From the NCBI GenBank assembly GCA_043811535.1, contig JBDRNC010000008.1:46867-110866 (forward strand): DNA of 64,000 nt, given 5' to 3'. Of this stretch, positions 17,323-28,413 are shown piece after piece. Source of the DNA: Elusimicrobiota bacterium (GTDB taxonomy: Bacteria; Elusimicrobiota; Endomicrobiia; Endomicrobiales; JBDRNC01). The position numbers were made by a program, and so were the translations under genes. The notes under the pieces were generated by a model. That model made no database searches. It was not told where the DNA came from and saw only the letters and a program-made list of their open reading frames with translations. The stretch's first letter is position 1. The number at the start of each line of letters is the position of its first letter.

Positions 17323-19680
17323 ATGATGAACGTTTATATAGGCACATTCCTGATTGCACTTGCAACACTCTCCTTTGAAGTGACCCTCATCCGCCTTCTA
17401 AGTGTTGTAACCTGGTACCACCTGAGTTTTTTCGCGGTCTCGACCGCCATGCTCGGTATGACGGCTGGAGCAACTACAGTATTCCTAAAACCCGAATGGT
17501 TTTCAGATGAAAAGTTGGATAATACAATCTCAAAGTCCTGTTTAGGTTTTGCCCTCTCCATACCGGGTTCCCTAATCATCCTATGTCTTATAGCACTCAA
17601 CGTTGAAAAAACTATAATGTCGTTCTTTGCCCTTCTCGTAGATACTTTTGCCTGTATGCTTCCGTTCTACTTCTCCGGTATTGCATTATCAGCGATACTG
17701 ACAAAATATAAACTGCCAATTGGAAAATTGTACGCGAGCGATCTTGCGGGCGCGTCGCTGGGATGCCTTTTTGTTCTCTGGGGGCTTGATATATTCGATG
17801 CCCCCAGCCTGATCATTTTGTGCGGGGCCATCGCCATACTAGCCGCATTGTCTTTTATCTGGAACCGTGTCGGAGTTAAAAAACTGCATTATGTCATCCT
17901 ATCCATTTCATTCGTTGCCATATCGATAATCAATTCCAGCACCTACTATGCAATCCGCCCGTTTTTCGTGAAGGAAAAAACCGAAAAAGTCGATCAGTTC
18001 TATCTGGAGAAATGGAATTCGTTCTCGAGGGTAGTCGTTTACAAGCGCGCGAACGAATCGCCACAGTATTGGGGACCAAGCTCAAAGGCACCGAAGAATA
18101 TATTAATACCGCAGCATCGAATGAACATAGACGGCGAGGCTGGAACTGTTTTGAGAAGATTCTCGTCCATGTCAGACATAGAGCATTTAAGGTATGATAT
18201 ACCAAATGTCGTATATTTTCTAAGGCCTCCCGGAAAAGTATGCGTGATCGGCGCCGGAGGCGGAAGAGACATACAGAGCGCACTGCTATTCAAGAATATA
18301 GACGTTACAGGGGTGGATATAAACCCTATCTTTATCAATCTGCTTAAAGGCAGTCTCGGGGAATTTGCAGGGATTGCCAAAAATAAAAGTGTTTCGCTTA
18401 TTACGGATGAGGCGAGAAGCTATCTTTCAAGGACAAAAGAGAAATACTCCATAATCCAGATGTCCCTTATAGACACTTGGGCCGCAACAGGCGCGGGAGC
18501 ATTTTCTCTTTCCGAAAACTCTCTCTATACCGTAGAAGCGTGGAAGATCTTCACGGCACGGCTGTCTGATGATGGCATTTTTACGGTTTCAAGATGGCAC
18601 AATCCCGAAAATCTCGGGGAGACCGGACGCGTGGTCAGCCTTGCAGTCGCATCGCTGCTTGAATCGGGAGTTACCGATTACAGAAAACACATTGCAATGC
18701 TCACAAATAAATCTGTATCAACGCTTCTCTTGAGCAGGAATCCTTTCGGCCGGAAAGACATCCAGAAAATAATAAACGTCGCAGACACCTATGGTTATGA
18801 TAAGACCATAATACCCGGGGAAAAACCAAAAAACGAAGTTCTTGCAAAAATCTTATCCTCGCGTTCAAAAACTGAACTTGCAATCGCTATAGCTGACGAA
18901 CCACTCAATTATACGCCTACAACCGACGAAAACCCCTATTTCTTCAACATGCTTAAGCTAGATCATATAGGATATGTGCTTAGCACCGGCAGGGGAATAC
19001 TGAAAGGTAATCTTTTGGCAAACCTTACTTTGGCCGGCCTTGTGCTTTCGCTTTTTGTTTTAGCGATCCTGACAATAGTGCTGCCTCTTAAATTTAAGAC
19101 AGGTAAGAAAGACCCGGTGCTCTGGCAAGCTGCAGTTTATTTCTCTTTGATAGGCGCAGGTTTCATGTTCACAGAAATAGCTCTTATTCAGAAAATGTCA
19201 GTCTTTCTTGGACATCCTACATATGCACTTGGGATATTGCTATTTACTATTATCGCCAGCTCCGGATGCGGGAGTTATTTAAGCGAGAAAATTCCATTAA
19301 CCACATCTCCATGGATGTTCATATACCCGGTGACAACGGCTTTAGCGATTCTAGCTATAAGGTTCATTCTCCCTGTCCTGATGTCTGAAATGGTTTCTTC
19401 TTCCATGATCAACAAAATATTCGCTTCAGTTATAATAATCTTCCCGCTGGGAATGCTGATGGGTGTATGTTTCCCTACAGGGATGCGCTTCGTCCGTCTT
19501 AGTAAATTTGCGGAAACTCCGTGGTATTGGGCGCTCAACGGTATATTCGGAGTATTATGCTCAGCACTAACTGTTTTCATTTCCATATATCTTGGTATTT
19601 CGGTTAGCTTCTACTTAGCTGTTGTCTGCTATCTATTACTGCTTCCATGTCTGCCTGCAATGCATACTTGGCAAAAATAA
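17323..19680 (+). CDS. Membrane protein with spermidine-synthase-like SAM-binding domain
   Basis: N- and C-terminal TM bundles, IGAGGGRD, VDINP, DEARS, ENSLYTVEA. Confidence 0.8.
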   Translation: MMNVYIGTFLIALATLSFEVTLIRLLSVVTWYHLSFFAVSTAMLGMTAGATTVFLKPEWFSDEKLDNTISKSCLGFALSIPGSLIILCLIALNVEKTIMSFFALLVDTFACMLPFYFSGIALSAILTKYKLPIGKLYASDLAGASLGCLFVLWGLDIFDAPSLIILCGAIAILAALSFIWNRVGVKKLHYVILSISFVAISIINSSTYYAIRPFFVKEKTEKVDQFYLEKWNSFSRVVVYKRANESPQYWGPSSKAPKNILIPQHRMNIDGEAGTVLRRFSSMSDIEHLRYDIPNVVYFLRPPGKVCVIGAGGGRDIQSALLFKNIDVTGVDINPIFINLLKGSLGEFAGIAKNKSVSLITDEARSYLSRTKEKYSIIQMSLIDTWAATGAGAFSLSENSLYTVEAWKIFTARLSDDGIFTVSRWHNPENLGETGRVVSLAVASLLESGVTDYRKHIAMLTNKSVSTLLLSRNPFGRKDIQKIINVADTYGYDKTIIPGEKPKNEVLAKILSSRSKTELAIAIADEPLNYTPTTDENPYFFNMLKLDHIGYVLSTGRGILKGNLLANLTLAGLVLSLFVLAILTIVLPLKFKTGKKDPVLWQAAVYFSLIGAGFMFTEIALIQKMSVFLGHPTYALGILLFTIIASSGCGSYLSEKIPLTTSPWMFIYPVTTALAILAIRFILPVLMSEMVSSSMINKIFASVIIIFPLGMLMGVCFPTGMRFVRLSKFAETPWYWALNGIFGVLCSALTVFISIYLGISVSFYLAVVCYLLLLPCLPAMHTWQK

Positions 19681-19817
19681 ATGTATTGCCCCATGAGAAA
19701 TATGAGCTAGCAGAATGCTCAATTTTGGTTATTTTGACCTAGTTCTGGATATTATCAGATATACTTTGAACAGACTATTCACTTTAGGGGTTCAGGAACT
19801 TTCCGTTGTGCGCTCTT

Positions 19818-21311
19818 CTAGAAGTACTTTTCGGAAAAGTAATCGGTCTTTGTGGGAAGCCAGGGGGGGATATTGTAGTAGTTTTCCTTGATGCCTTTTA
19901 AAACCGTATCTTTGTAAGCGTCGTACTTGAAGCCGTAGCCGAGAATGATGTAAAAGACCGCCTTGCGCGCTTCGAACTGTTTTATTTCAACCTTCCTGAA
20001 ATACGGCTTGTAATTACCCATCTCGGGCGGGGATTTCCTTAGTATTAGTATGTTTCCGCCCTTCAACTGCCTGAAATCCGTTATCATGTCGTCCTGCCTG
20101 CCGTGGTGCGATCCGCCCCCGAAAACAAAGAAATATTTGCCGTAATAGTACGAGATGACCGCGGACTCGGCGTAGCTTTCCGTACAAAGCGCGAAATCCT
20201 TCTCGTAAGGTTTTACCTCGGACACAACGCTGCCCGGCGACATGCCCATCACTATCATGTTGTAGTTTTTGTTGTTTTTCATGTATTCAAGCGGTATAGA
20301 AAGCAGTCCGCCTATCAGGAAGAGATGGGCGAACGAGAAAAACAGCATGAACCTGATGCTCTTGAGGAGCTGCTCTTCGGTAAGCAGGAAGAACGCCGGT
20401 ATGTAGAGAAAGGGATAAAAAGCCAGCACCCAGTGGAGCCCGATGGTTTTCTTGAAAGACAGCAGGAAAAACACGAGAAGCGGGACTACAAACGAGAACG
20501 CGAATATCTGATATCCAAAGGAATGCGAGACCTTCATGAACAGCTCTCTTCTCTTCTTGTAAGCGTAATACAGGAGCGGCGGTGTTATAAGATAGGCCTG
20601 CGAGACAAGATAGAGGAGCATTTTCCCGAAAGAAAATGTTTCCTGCTTGTTCCTGTTAAACAGGTTGAAAAGCAGGTTTGCCCAGCTGTGGGTGTAGTTC
20701 CAATAGATATTGACCAGCGCGAACGGTATTACGGAAAGGAAAAGAACGGCAAAACCGGTTGTCTTTTTCCTGTCCTTGGGCGTGCATATGAAGTACGCAA
20801 GATATGCCAACCCCAGCAGAACCGCGAAATACTTGGACAAAAATGCCAGCCCCAGCGTTATCCCGGAAAAAAGGTACAGGAGATAATTCTCCTTTTCAAC
20901 GGCCAAAAACAGAAGGACCGCCGAAAGAAAAGCGAAAAAAATGACGGGCGTGTCGGTAGAAACCGGGATATAGAGCAGGTTTATCGGCGATATCAGGAAT
21001 AGAATGCCTATGAGATAGGCCTTGACCGGTTCGGCTCTCCTTATAATCAGGTATATCCCGATGCCTATCAATATCGTTGACAGGATGGCAGGCAGTCTCA
21101 ATACGAATTCCGAACTGCCGAAGAACAGGACAAATCTAAGAACCCACGCTATCATGGGCGGGTGGTCATAGTAGCCGAAGTCAAGATTTTGGGCCCATAT
21201 GACAAAATAGGCCTCGTCGCTTATCAGCGGGATTGCCGCCGCGAGCATGGCTTTTATGATGAAGGTGATCCCCACGCAGTACCAGAACGCCTTTTTTATC
21301 TGATTATCCAT
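19818..21311 (-). CDS. ArnT/GT39-like glycosyltransferase
   Basis: DEAYF..W, YYDHPPM, LSKY motifs; multiple TM helices. Confidence 0.85.
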   Translation of the reverse strand: MDNQIKKAFWYCVGITFIIKAMLAAAIPLISDEAYFVIWAQNLDFGYYDHPPMIAWVLRFVLFFGSSEFVLRLPAILSTILIGIGIYLIIRRAEPVKAYLIGILFLISPINLLYIPVSTDTPVIFFAFLSAVLLFLAVEKENYLLYLFSGITLGLAFLSKYFAVLLGLAYLAYFICTPKDRKKTTGFAVLFLSVIPFALVNIYWNYTHSWANLLFNLFNRNKQETFSFGKMLLYLVSQAYLITPPLLYYAYKKRRELFMKVSHSFGYQIFAFSFVVPLLVFFLLSFKKTIGLHWVLAFYPFLYIPAFFLLTEEQLLKSIRFMLFFSFAHLFLIGGLLSIPLEYMKNNKNYNMIVMGMSPGSVVSEVKPYEKDFALCTESYAESAVISYYYGKYFFVFGGGSHHGRQDDMITDFRQLKGGNILILRKSPPEMGNYKPYFRKVEIKQFEARKAVFYIILGYGFKYDAYKDTVLKGIKENYYNIPPWLPTKTDYFSEKYF

Positions 21312-21369
21312 TTTGTTTCCGTTTGAATTGTCACGATAAAATACTAATAATAACCGGTTTTGTCAAGAA

Positions 21370-22557
21370 CTAAAAATAGTACCTTACGGACGAAAAATAA
21401 ATGCCGGAGTATTCGCCGAACTCCGAAAGCGTCTCGCCGCCGAAACCCTCGAAGGCCCCGAGCGAGAAGTAAAAGTTTTCATGAAAATTGTATTCGAGAT
21501 TCGGCGCCGCGAGCACGGAACCGTCGGTCATGTTTATTATGTTCAGCATGCCAAGATTCACCAAAGGCGTAAACTGATAGACGAACCCCGGCATTATATA
21601 GTGCCTGCCTGTCAGATACGCCGCGCCTTCTGTATAAGCCGTCTTTAACAGGACCGAAGAATAATCTTCCGTCTTTTCCGCGCCGGCCCCGTTAAAATGG
21701 TATTCCGCGTAGCCGTAGAACCTTCCTCCGAAACTATAATCGCAACCGGTTGTAAATCTCAGGTACTCATCCGCGGGGTCCCTCGCGCAATCGTCAAAAT
21801 AGCGGGGGACGGCGTAAGCCGCTTCGATCCAGGCGCCGGCTCCGCCTATCGAACCCGCCAGATCGGCGCCGACGAGCAGGTTTTTCCTGAAATCCGCGAG
21901 CATCGCCGTGACATCGACGCCGCAAATGTACATTTTGTCGCGCGCGAAAAAGCTGTTCTCCGAAGGGAGCATATCCCTGCCGAAAACGCAGCCCGCGTCC
22001 AGTTCGCTCATGGCGCCGGAAGTATATCTGATCCTCAAAGCGTCCACGCCCGTGCGTTCTTCCTTGTCCAGCTCGTCAAACCTGAAGGGGATGAAGACAT
22101 CGGTCGGATTAACCGCTTTGGCGCTGCCCCACGCCACGGCCTGCCTGCCGAAATATACGTCCGCGGCGCCGGCTTTATACTTGACGAACAGCCTGTCAAG
22201 GTTCTGATAAACCGCGAAATCTTTCGAATTTCCCGCGAAAGGGGAGTTTATGTCCGAAATCCTGTAGTTGTACGGCTGCGCCCGGGAGGAAACAATGGAG
22301 GAGTCGCTTATCAAAGGCGTGATGCTGTACGCGGCGCCGAATGACACCGGGCCCGGGTCTCCGGCTTCGAACTTGATCCTGAAACGGTTGCTCAGGGACA
22401 TAACCGATTCCTGCGATGATCCGGAAAGCAAAGGTCCTGTAAGGAAAATCTTGTTATAGCCGCCGACCGACACCGCTTCCCCGACCGGGCACAGAGCCGG
22501 AAACAAAAGAAAAACCGGAATAATAACTGATCTTAACAGGATTCGATGTAAATTCAT
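21370..22557 (-). CDS. Putative outer-membrane beta-barrel protein
   Basis: Signal peptide, LDRLF..GRQ...WG, C-terminal YYF. Confidence 0.7.
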   Translation of the reverse strand: MNLHRILLRSVIIPVFLLFPALCPVGEAVSVGGYNKIFLTGPLLSGSSQESVMSLSNRFRIKFEAGDPGPVSFGAAYSITPLISDSSIVSSRAQPYNYRISDINSPFAGNSKDFAVYQNLDRLFVKYKAGAADVYFGRQAVAWGSAKAVNPTDVFIPFRFDELDKEERTGVDALRIRYTSGAMSELDAGCVFGRDMLPSENSFFARDKMYICGVDVTAMLADFRKNLLVGADLAGSIGGAGAWIEAAYAVPRYFDDCARDPADEYLRFTTGCDYSFGGRFYGYAEYHFNGAGAEKTEDYSSVLLKTAYTEGAAYLTGRHYIMPGFVYQFTPLVNLGMLNIINMTDGSVLAAPNLEYNFHENFYFSLGAFEGFGGETLSEFGEYSGIYFSSVRYYF

Positions 22558-22592
22558 ATTTTTGCAGTAGAAAAAGGATTTTTTAGCGAACC

Positions 22593-23315
22593 CTATATAG
22601 GTCTGCCGCTGAAACTCCTGTCCTGGTCGCTTTCTATCTTTCCGTCTTTGAGAGTTATCAGCCTGTTGGCCATATCCATTATCATCCTGTCATGCGTGGA
22701 AAATACGAACGTCATGCCGGTTTTCCTGTTAAGACTTTTCATCATTTCCAAAAGCGAGGCGGCGGTGCCGGAATCAAGGTTCGCGGTAGGCTCATCCGCA
22801 AATATCAGGGAGGGGGACGTGACCATCGCACGCGCTATGGCGACCCTCTGCTGCTGGCCCCCGGACAGGCGCACCGGGAGCCTGTCAATGTGCTCTGCCA
22901 TCCCTATCTCTCCAAGTATCTCCGTAATCCTCTTGAGCCTTACTTCCTCATGCACGCCCTGCAGCATCATCACGTATTCTATGTTCTCCTTGACGGTCAA
23001 AACCGGTATGAGGTTGTAGGCCTGGAAAATAAACCCGATATTGTCGCGCCTGAAATCCGAAAGCTGCCTGCCTGTCATCGAGGAAAGCAAACTACCGTTA
23101 AGCCAGGCCTTTCCCGAAGAAGGCGAGTCAAGGCCCGAAATAATGTTTAAAAGCGTGGTCTTTCCCGACCCGGAAGGGCCGACGATCGCGGTGAATTCGC
23201 CCGGCCTTATAACCAGGTCAACTCCGCGCACTGCGTCGACCGCTATGTCGTCGAACGCGTAGATCTTGCCAATGCCTTCCGTTACGATAACGCCTTCGTT
23301 TCCCTGCATACCCAT
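22593..23315 (-). CDS. ABC transporter ATP-binding protein (LolD/MacB-like)
   Basis: GPSGSGKT, LSGGQQQRVAIARA, DEPTANLD. Confidence 0.93.
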   Translation of the reverse strand: MGMQGNEGVIVTEGIGKIYAFDDIAVDAVRGVDLVIRPGEFTAIVGPSGSGKTTLLNIISGLDSPSSGKAWLNGSLLSSMTGRQLSDFRRDNIGFIFQAYNLIPVLTVKENIEYVMMLQGVHEEVRLKRITEILGEIGMAEHIDRLPVRLSGGQQQRVAIARAMVTSPSLIFADEPTANLDSGTAASLLEMMKSLNRKTGMTFVFSTHDRMIMDMANRLITLKDGKIESDQDRSFSGRPI

Positions 23316-23356
23316 CTCACCTCCCACATATTTTATGAAAGCCCTTAATAGTCTTA

Positions 23357-23388
23357 ATCCGTGTAATCATTTAAAAATCAGTGTAATC
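23357..23388 (-). repeat. Orphan GATTACAC array, 2 units on the minus strand
   Basis: atccgtgtaatc and atcagtgtaatc, downstream of the permease stop codon. Confidence 0.7.
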
Positions 23389-23412
23389 AGAAATTGCATT
23401 TTGCAATTTCTC

Positions 23413-24633
23413 TCACATGCTCTTTCTCATTGAATCTACTATTTTCATCCTCGCGGCGTAAAATGCCGGATAGAGCCCCGCCAGCATAGTGGATACCAGC
23501 ACCCAGAACGGGTATATTACGAATTGCGAGGGCGTCAATATGGGATATATCAGTTCTCTGAAAGTAATCTTCGCGTATTCAATGCCCGTGTAGTCGATGC
23601 CGGTCTTGGCGACAATCCAGGTGACCGCGAAACCCAGGGCCGATCCGAATACGATGCTTATCAGAGCCAGCGCCCCCGCTTCTAACATGATTAATTTTGA
23701 AATGCCTAAAGGCCTCGTGCCCACCGCGCGGAGCACTCCGAACTCAAACATCCTTTCGTACAGTGACATGAAAAGCGCGTTTATTATGCCCAGAGAAACG
23801 ATAATGAAAAGTATGAGCCCGACGATACCTATGCTCCAATTGGACATATCCATCGCGGCTCTAAGGTCGGGAAGCAGGCGCGTCCAGCTAACAGCCTCGT
23901 TGCCGTCCCGCGAGTACTTGTTCCAGAAATAGAAATTTGCGTCCTGGGCGAATTCCGGGTCCGCGAATTTCACGGCTATCTCATGCACGCCCGGCCCGAT
24001 GCCCAGCATCTGCCGGGCCTTTGCGATTCCCGCGAAGATCATCCCTTTCTCCATCTCGTCGCCGTTCGTGGAGAATATTCCGGATATCCTGAACATCTCC
24101 TGGACAAGATCGCCCGTGCCGGCCTGGGAAACCGTCACCACAACCCTGTCTCCCAAACCCGCCTCAAGATCGTCCGCAAGTTTTTTCCCGATCACTATAT
24201 CCCGTTCATCGCGACCGGACAAAAACTCGCCTTCAACGATTGACCGCGCTATCACGGAAAGGTTCCTTTCCTTTACCGGGTCCACGCCCACGAAACTCAC
24301 ACCGCTCACGTTCGCGGGGGAAGTTATCATGCCGAATGAGAAGGTCCTTGGAGCGTAATACTTCACCGCGGATTCGTTGTCGAGATCCTGCAGGACCCAT
24401 CCGAGGCCTTTGATCGTTTTTTCTACTTCCTGGGTCTTCCTGAAATCCGTTTCGTGGATCTGCGCTTCCCCCAGGAATGAGGAGGTCGCGGATTCTATCA
24501 TGTTCTTTTCCATTCCCTTTACCAGGGCGTCCACAAATATTAGGGACGCCAGGCCCATCCCTATCGCGAAACCCGCGATAGCGGTGCGCCGTTTATTCCT
24601 GAACATGTTTCTCCACGCAAGCTTTAAGAACAT
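23413..24633 (-). CDS. FtsX/MacB-like ABC permease
   Basis: AWRNMFRNKRRT, ERMFEFGVLRAVG. Confidence 0.9.
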   Translation of the reverse strand: MFLKLAWRNMFRNKRRTAIAGFAIGMGLASLIFVDALVKGMEKNMIESATSSFLGEAQIHETDFRKTQEVEKTIKGLGWVLQDLDNESAVKYYAPRTFSFGMITSPANVSGVSFVGVDPVKERNLSVIARSIVEGEFLSGRDERDIVIGKKLADDLEAGLGDRVVVTVSQAGTGDLVQEMFRISGIFSTNGDEMEKGMIFAGIAKARQMLGIGPGVHEIAVKFADPEFAQDANFYFWNKYSRDGNEAVSWTRLLPDLRAAMDMSNWSIGIVGLILFIIVSLGIINALFMSLYERMFEFGVLRAVGTRPLGISKLIMLEAGALALISIVFGSALGFAVTWIVAKTGIDYTGIEYAKITFRELIYPILTPSQFVIYPFWVLVSTMLAGLYPAFYAARMKIVDSMRKSM

Positions 24634-24634
24634 T

Positions 24635-25861
24635 TTAATGAGTCCTCATGGCTTTTGCCGGGTCGACCTTAGCCGCCCTCAAAGACGGGAAAATTCCGAC
24701 GATCCCGGCGGTAAAAAGCACCGCGATTGCCGGAATGTAGAAGCTTCTCGCGTTTATTTCTGTATACATCGCGCTGAATTCAACGCCCCCGTAAGTGAAC
24801 GCTGTATTCAGGCTTATGCCGTTAAACGAAAAATAGTAATTCAAGGCAAGTCCAGCCGCGGTTCCCAGGATTATGCTGACAAACGACAAAATGTAAACTT
24901 CGTACATGACCAGCAGGAACACCTGTTTCGGCCCCGTGCCGAGCGATTTCAGCAAACCGTACTCTCTCCTACGCTCAAGGACCGACATCAGAATGGTATT
25001 GAGAACGCCCACGGCCACTATCATGATGATGACGAACAGCATTACCCACATGCCCTCCACGTCGGCTTTCATCGCGTTGTAGAAGGATTTTGACACAACG
25101 TACCAGGGTTCAACGGAAAGCCTGTCATTGTCGAGCGCTGAAGCGATGTCTTTTTCCAGCCTTTTGACGTCTTTGATATTTCCGGCTATCACCGCGATTT
25201 CGTGCGCGCGGTTCTCCAAAACGAGAAGCTCCGCGGCGTCTTTGATATGGAGATAAAAAGCGGCGCGGTCATTCATCTCGTCGCCGCTTTCCACTATGCC
25301 CGAAACCTCGTAGATATCATTCGCGATCGACCCGTCGGAAGCCTGCGAAATTATCACTACCCTGTCCGTCGGGTTCGATTTCAGCATTTCCGCGAGGCCT
25401 TTGCCCAGCAGGACTTTACGGGAAGGTTCCTTGTCTAAAGCCGCGCCCGAAATTATCTTTTTATCGAACCAGGTGGCGCCGTTCTCGAGTTCCGGGTCTA
25501 TTCCTATGATCTGGGCCGCGGCCGTCTTCTGTCCGAGCGATGCCAGCCCGGCCGAATACACCCGCGGCGCCCACGCTTCCACGCCTTTCACCGAAGCTAT
25601 CTTCCGGCCTTCCTTATAATAATCGTCTATCGTGTTATACAGGGTCGGCTTATCCAGGTATCCCTTCCCGTGCACCTGGAGATGGCCCAGCCGGTTGCGC
25701 GTGAACATGTTTATGATATAGGAATACGAGCCGTCCGACCATCCTATCGAAAAGGCCGACAGCGTAAACCCGCCGAATATCGTAAGCAGCGTGAGCAGGC
25801 TCCGTCTTTTCTGCCTGAAAACGTTCCTGAACGCAACTTTCAGCAGCATGGAGTTTTTCAT
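24635..25861 (-). CDS. FtsX/MacB-like ABC permease
   Basis: FRNVFRQKRRS, ERRREYGLLKSLG. Confidence 0.9.
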   Translation of the reverse strand: MKNSMLLKVAFRNVFRQKRRSLLTLLTIFGGFTLSAFSIGWSDGSYSYIINMFTRNRLGHLQVHGKGYLDKPTLYNTIDDYYKEGRKIASVKGVEAWAPRVYSAGLASLGQKTAAAQIIGIDPELENGATWFDKKIISGAALDKEPSRKVLLGKGLAEMLKSNPTDRVVIISQASDGSIANDIYEVSGIVESGDEMNDRAAFYLHIKDAAELLVLENRAHEIAVIAGNIKDVKRLEKDIASALDNDRLSVEPWYVVSKSFYNAMKADVEGMWVMLFVIIMIVAVGVLNTILMSVLERRREYGLLKSLGTGPKQVFLLVMYEVYILSFVSIILGTAAGLALNYYFSFNGISLNTAFTYGGVEFSAMYTEINARSFYIPAIAVLFTAGIVGIFPSLRAAKVDPAKAMRTH

Positions 25862-25863
25862 GT

Positions 25864-26622
25864 TTATTCTTTGGACTGCAGGTTTCTCAGCGTGAAAACG
25901 TCGTCTTTCACCTGAACGTCAAAATCCGCCTTCAGGTACGTGATGACGGTCTTGTGCCCGGCCTTGTTCTGCGGTATCATTTCCATGACTGAAGGCAGGT
26001 CGCGTTTCCCGAACTTTTTTACCGCGGAAAAATTCAGGACGCGCATGAGTTTTCCTTTCTCGTCAAAATACTCTTCGCTGACGGGTATGTAATCCTTTTC
26101 CCGGACCGCCAGCAGTATCCTGCCCCATACTATCGGCTTGTCCTCTTTAGGGATGAACTCGATGTATATGAGGCCCGCCTTGGCGCCATCGGGCGCCGCT
26201 AATTTGTAATTGTAGTCATCCACAAGCGAAGATTCCTTGACAAGGTCGTCGTTCGTGAAATCCGAGCCCATCCAGGAACTCATCATCATCGAGGGGGGGA
26301 TCTTTATGACCTTGCCGGCGTTCGGCAGGTAATTCCACATCTCATTGCCTATCCTCAGCGTGGCGACTCCCTTTTCCTTCTGCGGCGACAATATCCTTAT
26401 GAAGGTGTGCGTCGTTCCGCGCCCCCACGCGTCCATGCTGAGCGTCCTCTGCCAGTGGGGGGTCACTATGCTCATTTCTATCCGCGAAATATTGGATTTG
26501 CTCCGGTACAGGTTGTCAATTTTTTTGACAATCTGCTTTATGTCCGGATTCTCTTTCGGGCCGGCGCAATAACCGGGCGCGGAAAGAAGTATCAGCGAGA
26601 GAAATAACGCGATTCTTTTCAT
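25864..26622 (-). CDS. Outer-membrane lipoprotein-sorting protein (LolA-like)
   Basis: WNYLP, SWMGSDFTNDD, FTLRNL. Confidence 0.85.
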   Translation of the reverse strand: MKRIALFLSLILLSAPGYCAGPKENPDIKQIVKKIDNLYRSKSNISRIEMSIVTPHWQRTLSMDAWGRGTTHTFIRILSPQKEKGVATLRIGNEMWNYLPNAGKVIKIPPSMMMSSWMGSDFTNDDLVKESSLVDDYNYKLAAPDGAKAGLIYIEFIPKEDKPIVWGRILLAVREKDYIPVSEEYFDEKGKLMRVLNFSAVKKFGKRDLPSVMEMIPQNKAGHKTVITYLKADFDVQVKDDVFTLRNLQSKE

Positions 26623-26827
26623 AGGGCCTCTTTTATTCTATTTTATTAAATTTGCAGGACTAACTCAACCGAGCGGGACTGTTATAATACTTGCAGATTA
26701 ACGGTAAATATTCTAAAATATAACACGATTGCGGAAAGAAAGAATACCTAATAAACTCCGCAGCGCTTAACCTTTTAGACAGTCAGCCGCCCTGCTGATT
26801 ATTTCACAGCCAAAAGAAGGAGTAAAA

Positions 26828-28348
26828 ATGACGCCCCGAAAAACCGGTTTTGACAATGAGAAGTACCTTGCCGAACAGACTAATTCCATACTTGAACGCG
26901 TGAAGAAATTCGACGGTAAGCTTTACCTTGAATTCGGCGGAAAGATAATATACGACATGCACGCCTCAAGAGTCCTTCCCGGATTCGACCCCTGCGTCAA
27001 GATGAGGCTTTTGCAGAAGCTGAAAGATAACGCCGATATAGTTCTGTGCATATACGCCGGCGATATAGAACGCAAGAAGGTCCGCGCCGATTTCGGCATA
27101 ACCTACGATGCCGACGCTTTGAAGCTTATTGACGACCTGAAGGAATGGGGAATAGAGATTAAGGCCGTCGTGATAACACGGTTTGACAACCAGCCGGGCG
27201 CCGTGCAGTTCAAAAACAAGCTTGAGAGAAGGAACATGAAAGTGTACCTGCATTACCCGATAGAGAATTACCCGAATGACATCGATAAAATAATCAGCGA
27301 GAACGGCTACGGCAAGAACGATTACATCGAAACGAGCAAACCGCTTGTCGTCATAACCGGGCCCGGGCCGTGTTCAGGCAAGCTTTCAACATGCCTTTCC
27401 CAGTTGTACCACGATCACAAAAGGGGGATAAATTCCGGTTACGCTAAATTCGAGACGTTCCCCATATGGAACATCCCGCTCAAACATCCCGTAAATATCG
27501 CCTACGAAGCCGCTACCGTTGACATACGCGATTACAATGAGATAGACCCGTTCCATCTTGAAGCGTACGGGGAAACCGCGATCAACTACAACCGCGACGT
27601 CGAGATCTTTCCCGTCCTGAAAAGGATGCTTGAAAGGATAACCGGAAAAGAGCCCATGTACAAATCTCCGACGGATATGGGCGTGAACCGCGCCGGGTTC
27701 GGAATTATTGACGACGCGGCGACGCAGGCCGCCTCAAAAGAGGAGATAATCCGCAGGTATTTCAGGTACAGGTGCGAGTATATCATGGGGCTGACGGACA
27801 AGGAAACCGTTGACAGGGCCGAGATGATCCTCAACGAGCTCGGGCTTAAACCGGAAAACAGGGCGGTCGTAGGACCGGCCCGCGCGTCCGCCGAAGCGGC
27901 GCAGAAGGAAGGCAAAGGCAATGAGGGCATATTCTGCGGCGCCGCGTTAGAGCTTCCGGACGGGGAGATCGTGACAGGGAAAAACAGCCAGTTGATGCAT
28001 GCGTCTCCGAGCCTTATCCTTAACGCGATTAAAAAACTTGCCGGCATTCCCGATAATATCCACCTGCTCTCGCTGAATATCATACAGTCCATAGGCGGGC
28101 TTAAAAAAGACATCCTCAACAACAAGACGGTCAGCCTTGACCTTGACGAGACGCTCATCGCGCTGAGTATCAGCGCCGCGACGAACCCGACGGCCCAGGT
28201 CGCGATGGAAAAACTGAAGGAACTGAAAGGCTGCGAGGTCCACATAACCCATATACCGACCCCCGGAGACGACGCCGGGCTCAGGCGTCTCGGTGTGAAC
28301 CTCACCAGCGACCCGGATTTCCCGACGAAGAATTTATTCATTTCTTAA
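26828..28348 (+). CDS. DUF1846 (UPF0371) family protein
   Basis: KLYLEFGGK, HASRVLPGFDP, YAKFETFPIWN, SPTDMGVN. Confidence 0.92.
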   Translation: MTPRKTGFDNEKYLAEQTNSILERVKKFDGKLYLEFGGKIIYDMHASRVLPGFDPCVKMRLLQKLKDNADIVLCIYAGDIERKKVRADFGITYDADALKLIDDLKEWGIEIKAVVITRFDNQPGAVQFKNKLERRNMKVYLHYPIENYPNDIDKIISENGYGKNDYIETSKPLVVITGPGPCSGKLSTCLSQLYHDHKRGINSGYAKFETFPIWNIPLKHPVNIAYEAATVDIRDYNEIDPFHLEAYGETAINYNRDVEIFPVLKRMLERITGKEPMYKSPTDMGVNRAGFGIIDDAATQAASKEEIIRRYFRYRCEYIMGLTDKETVDRAEMILNELGLKPENRAVVGPARASAEAAQKEGKGNEGIFCGAALELPDGEIVTGKNSQLMHASPSLILNAIKKLAGIPDNIHLLSLNIIQSIGGLKKDILNNKTVSLDLDETLIALSISAATNPTAQVAMEKLKELKGCEVHITHIPTPGDDAGLRRLGVNLTSDPDFPTKNLFIS

Positions 28349-28413
28349 TAATAATAAGCAATCAGCAATTATCAATTAGCAATAAATTAAAACAAAGGCA
28401 TTAAAATATTACT

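Noticed and set aside
17072-19713. Short inverted match (ttttctcatgg / ccatgagaaa) and direct agctagcag flanking the AT-richer membrane gene, as transposon ends
   Set aside because: Too short and inexact; no transposase or clear target duplication.
20103-21002. Long opposite-strand ORFs (also 24377-25093, 27586-28341, 37469-38149, 49606-50346)
   Set aside because: They are antisense to well-supported genes and show no motifs.
26728-26800. Possible structured leader upstream of DUF1846 (tgcgga/tccgca)
   Set aside because: Only a 6-bp stem, with no recognisable riboswitch consensus.
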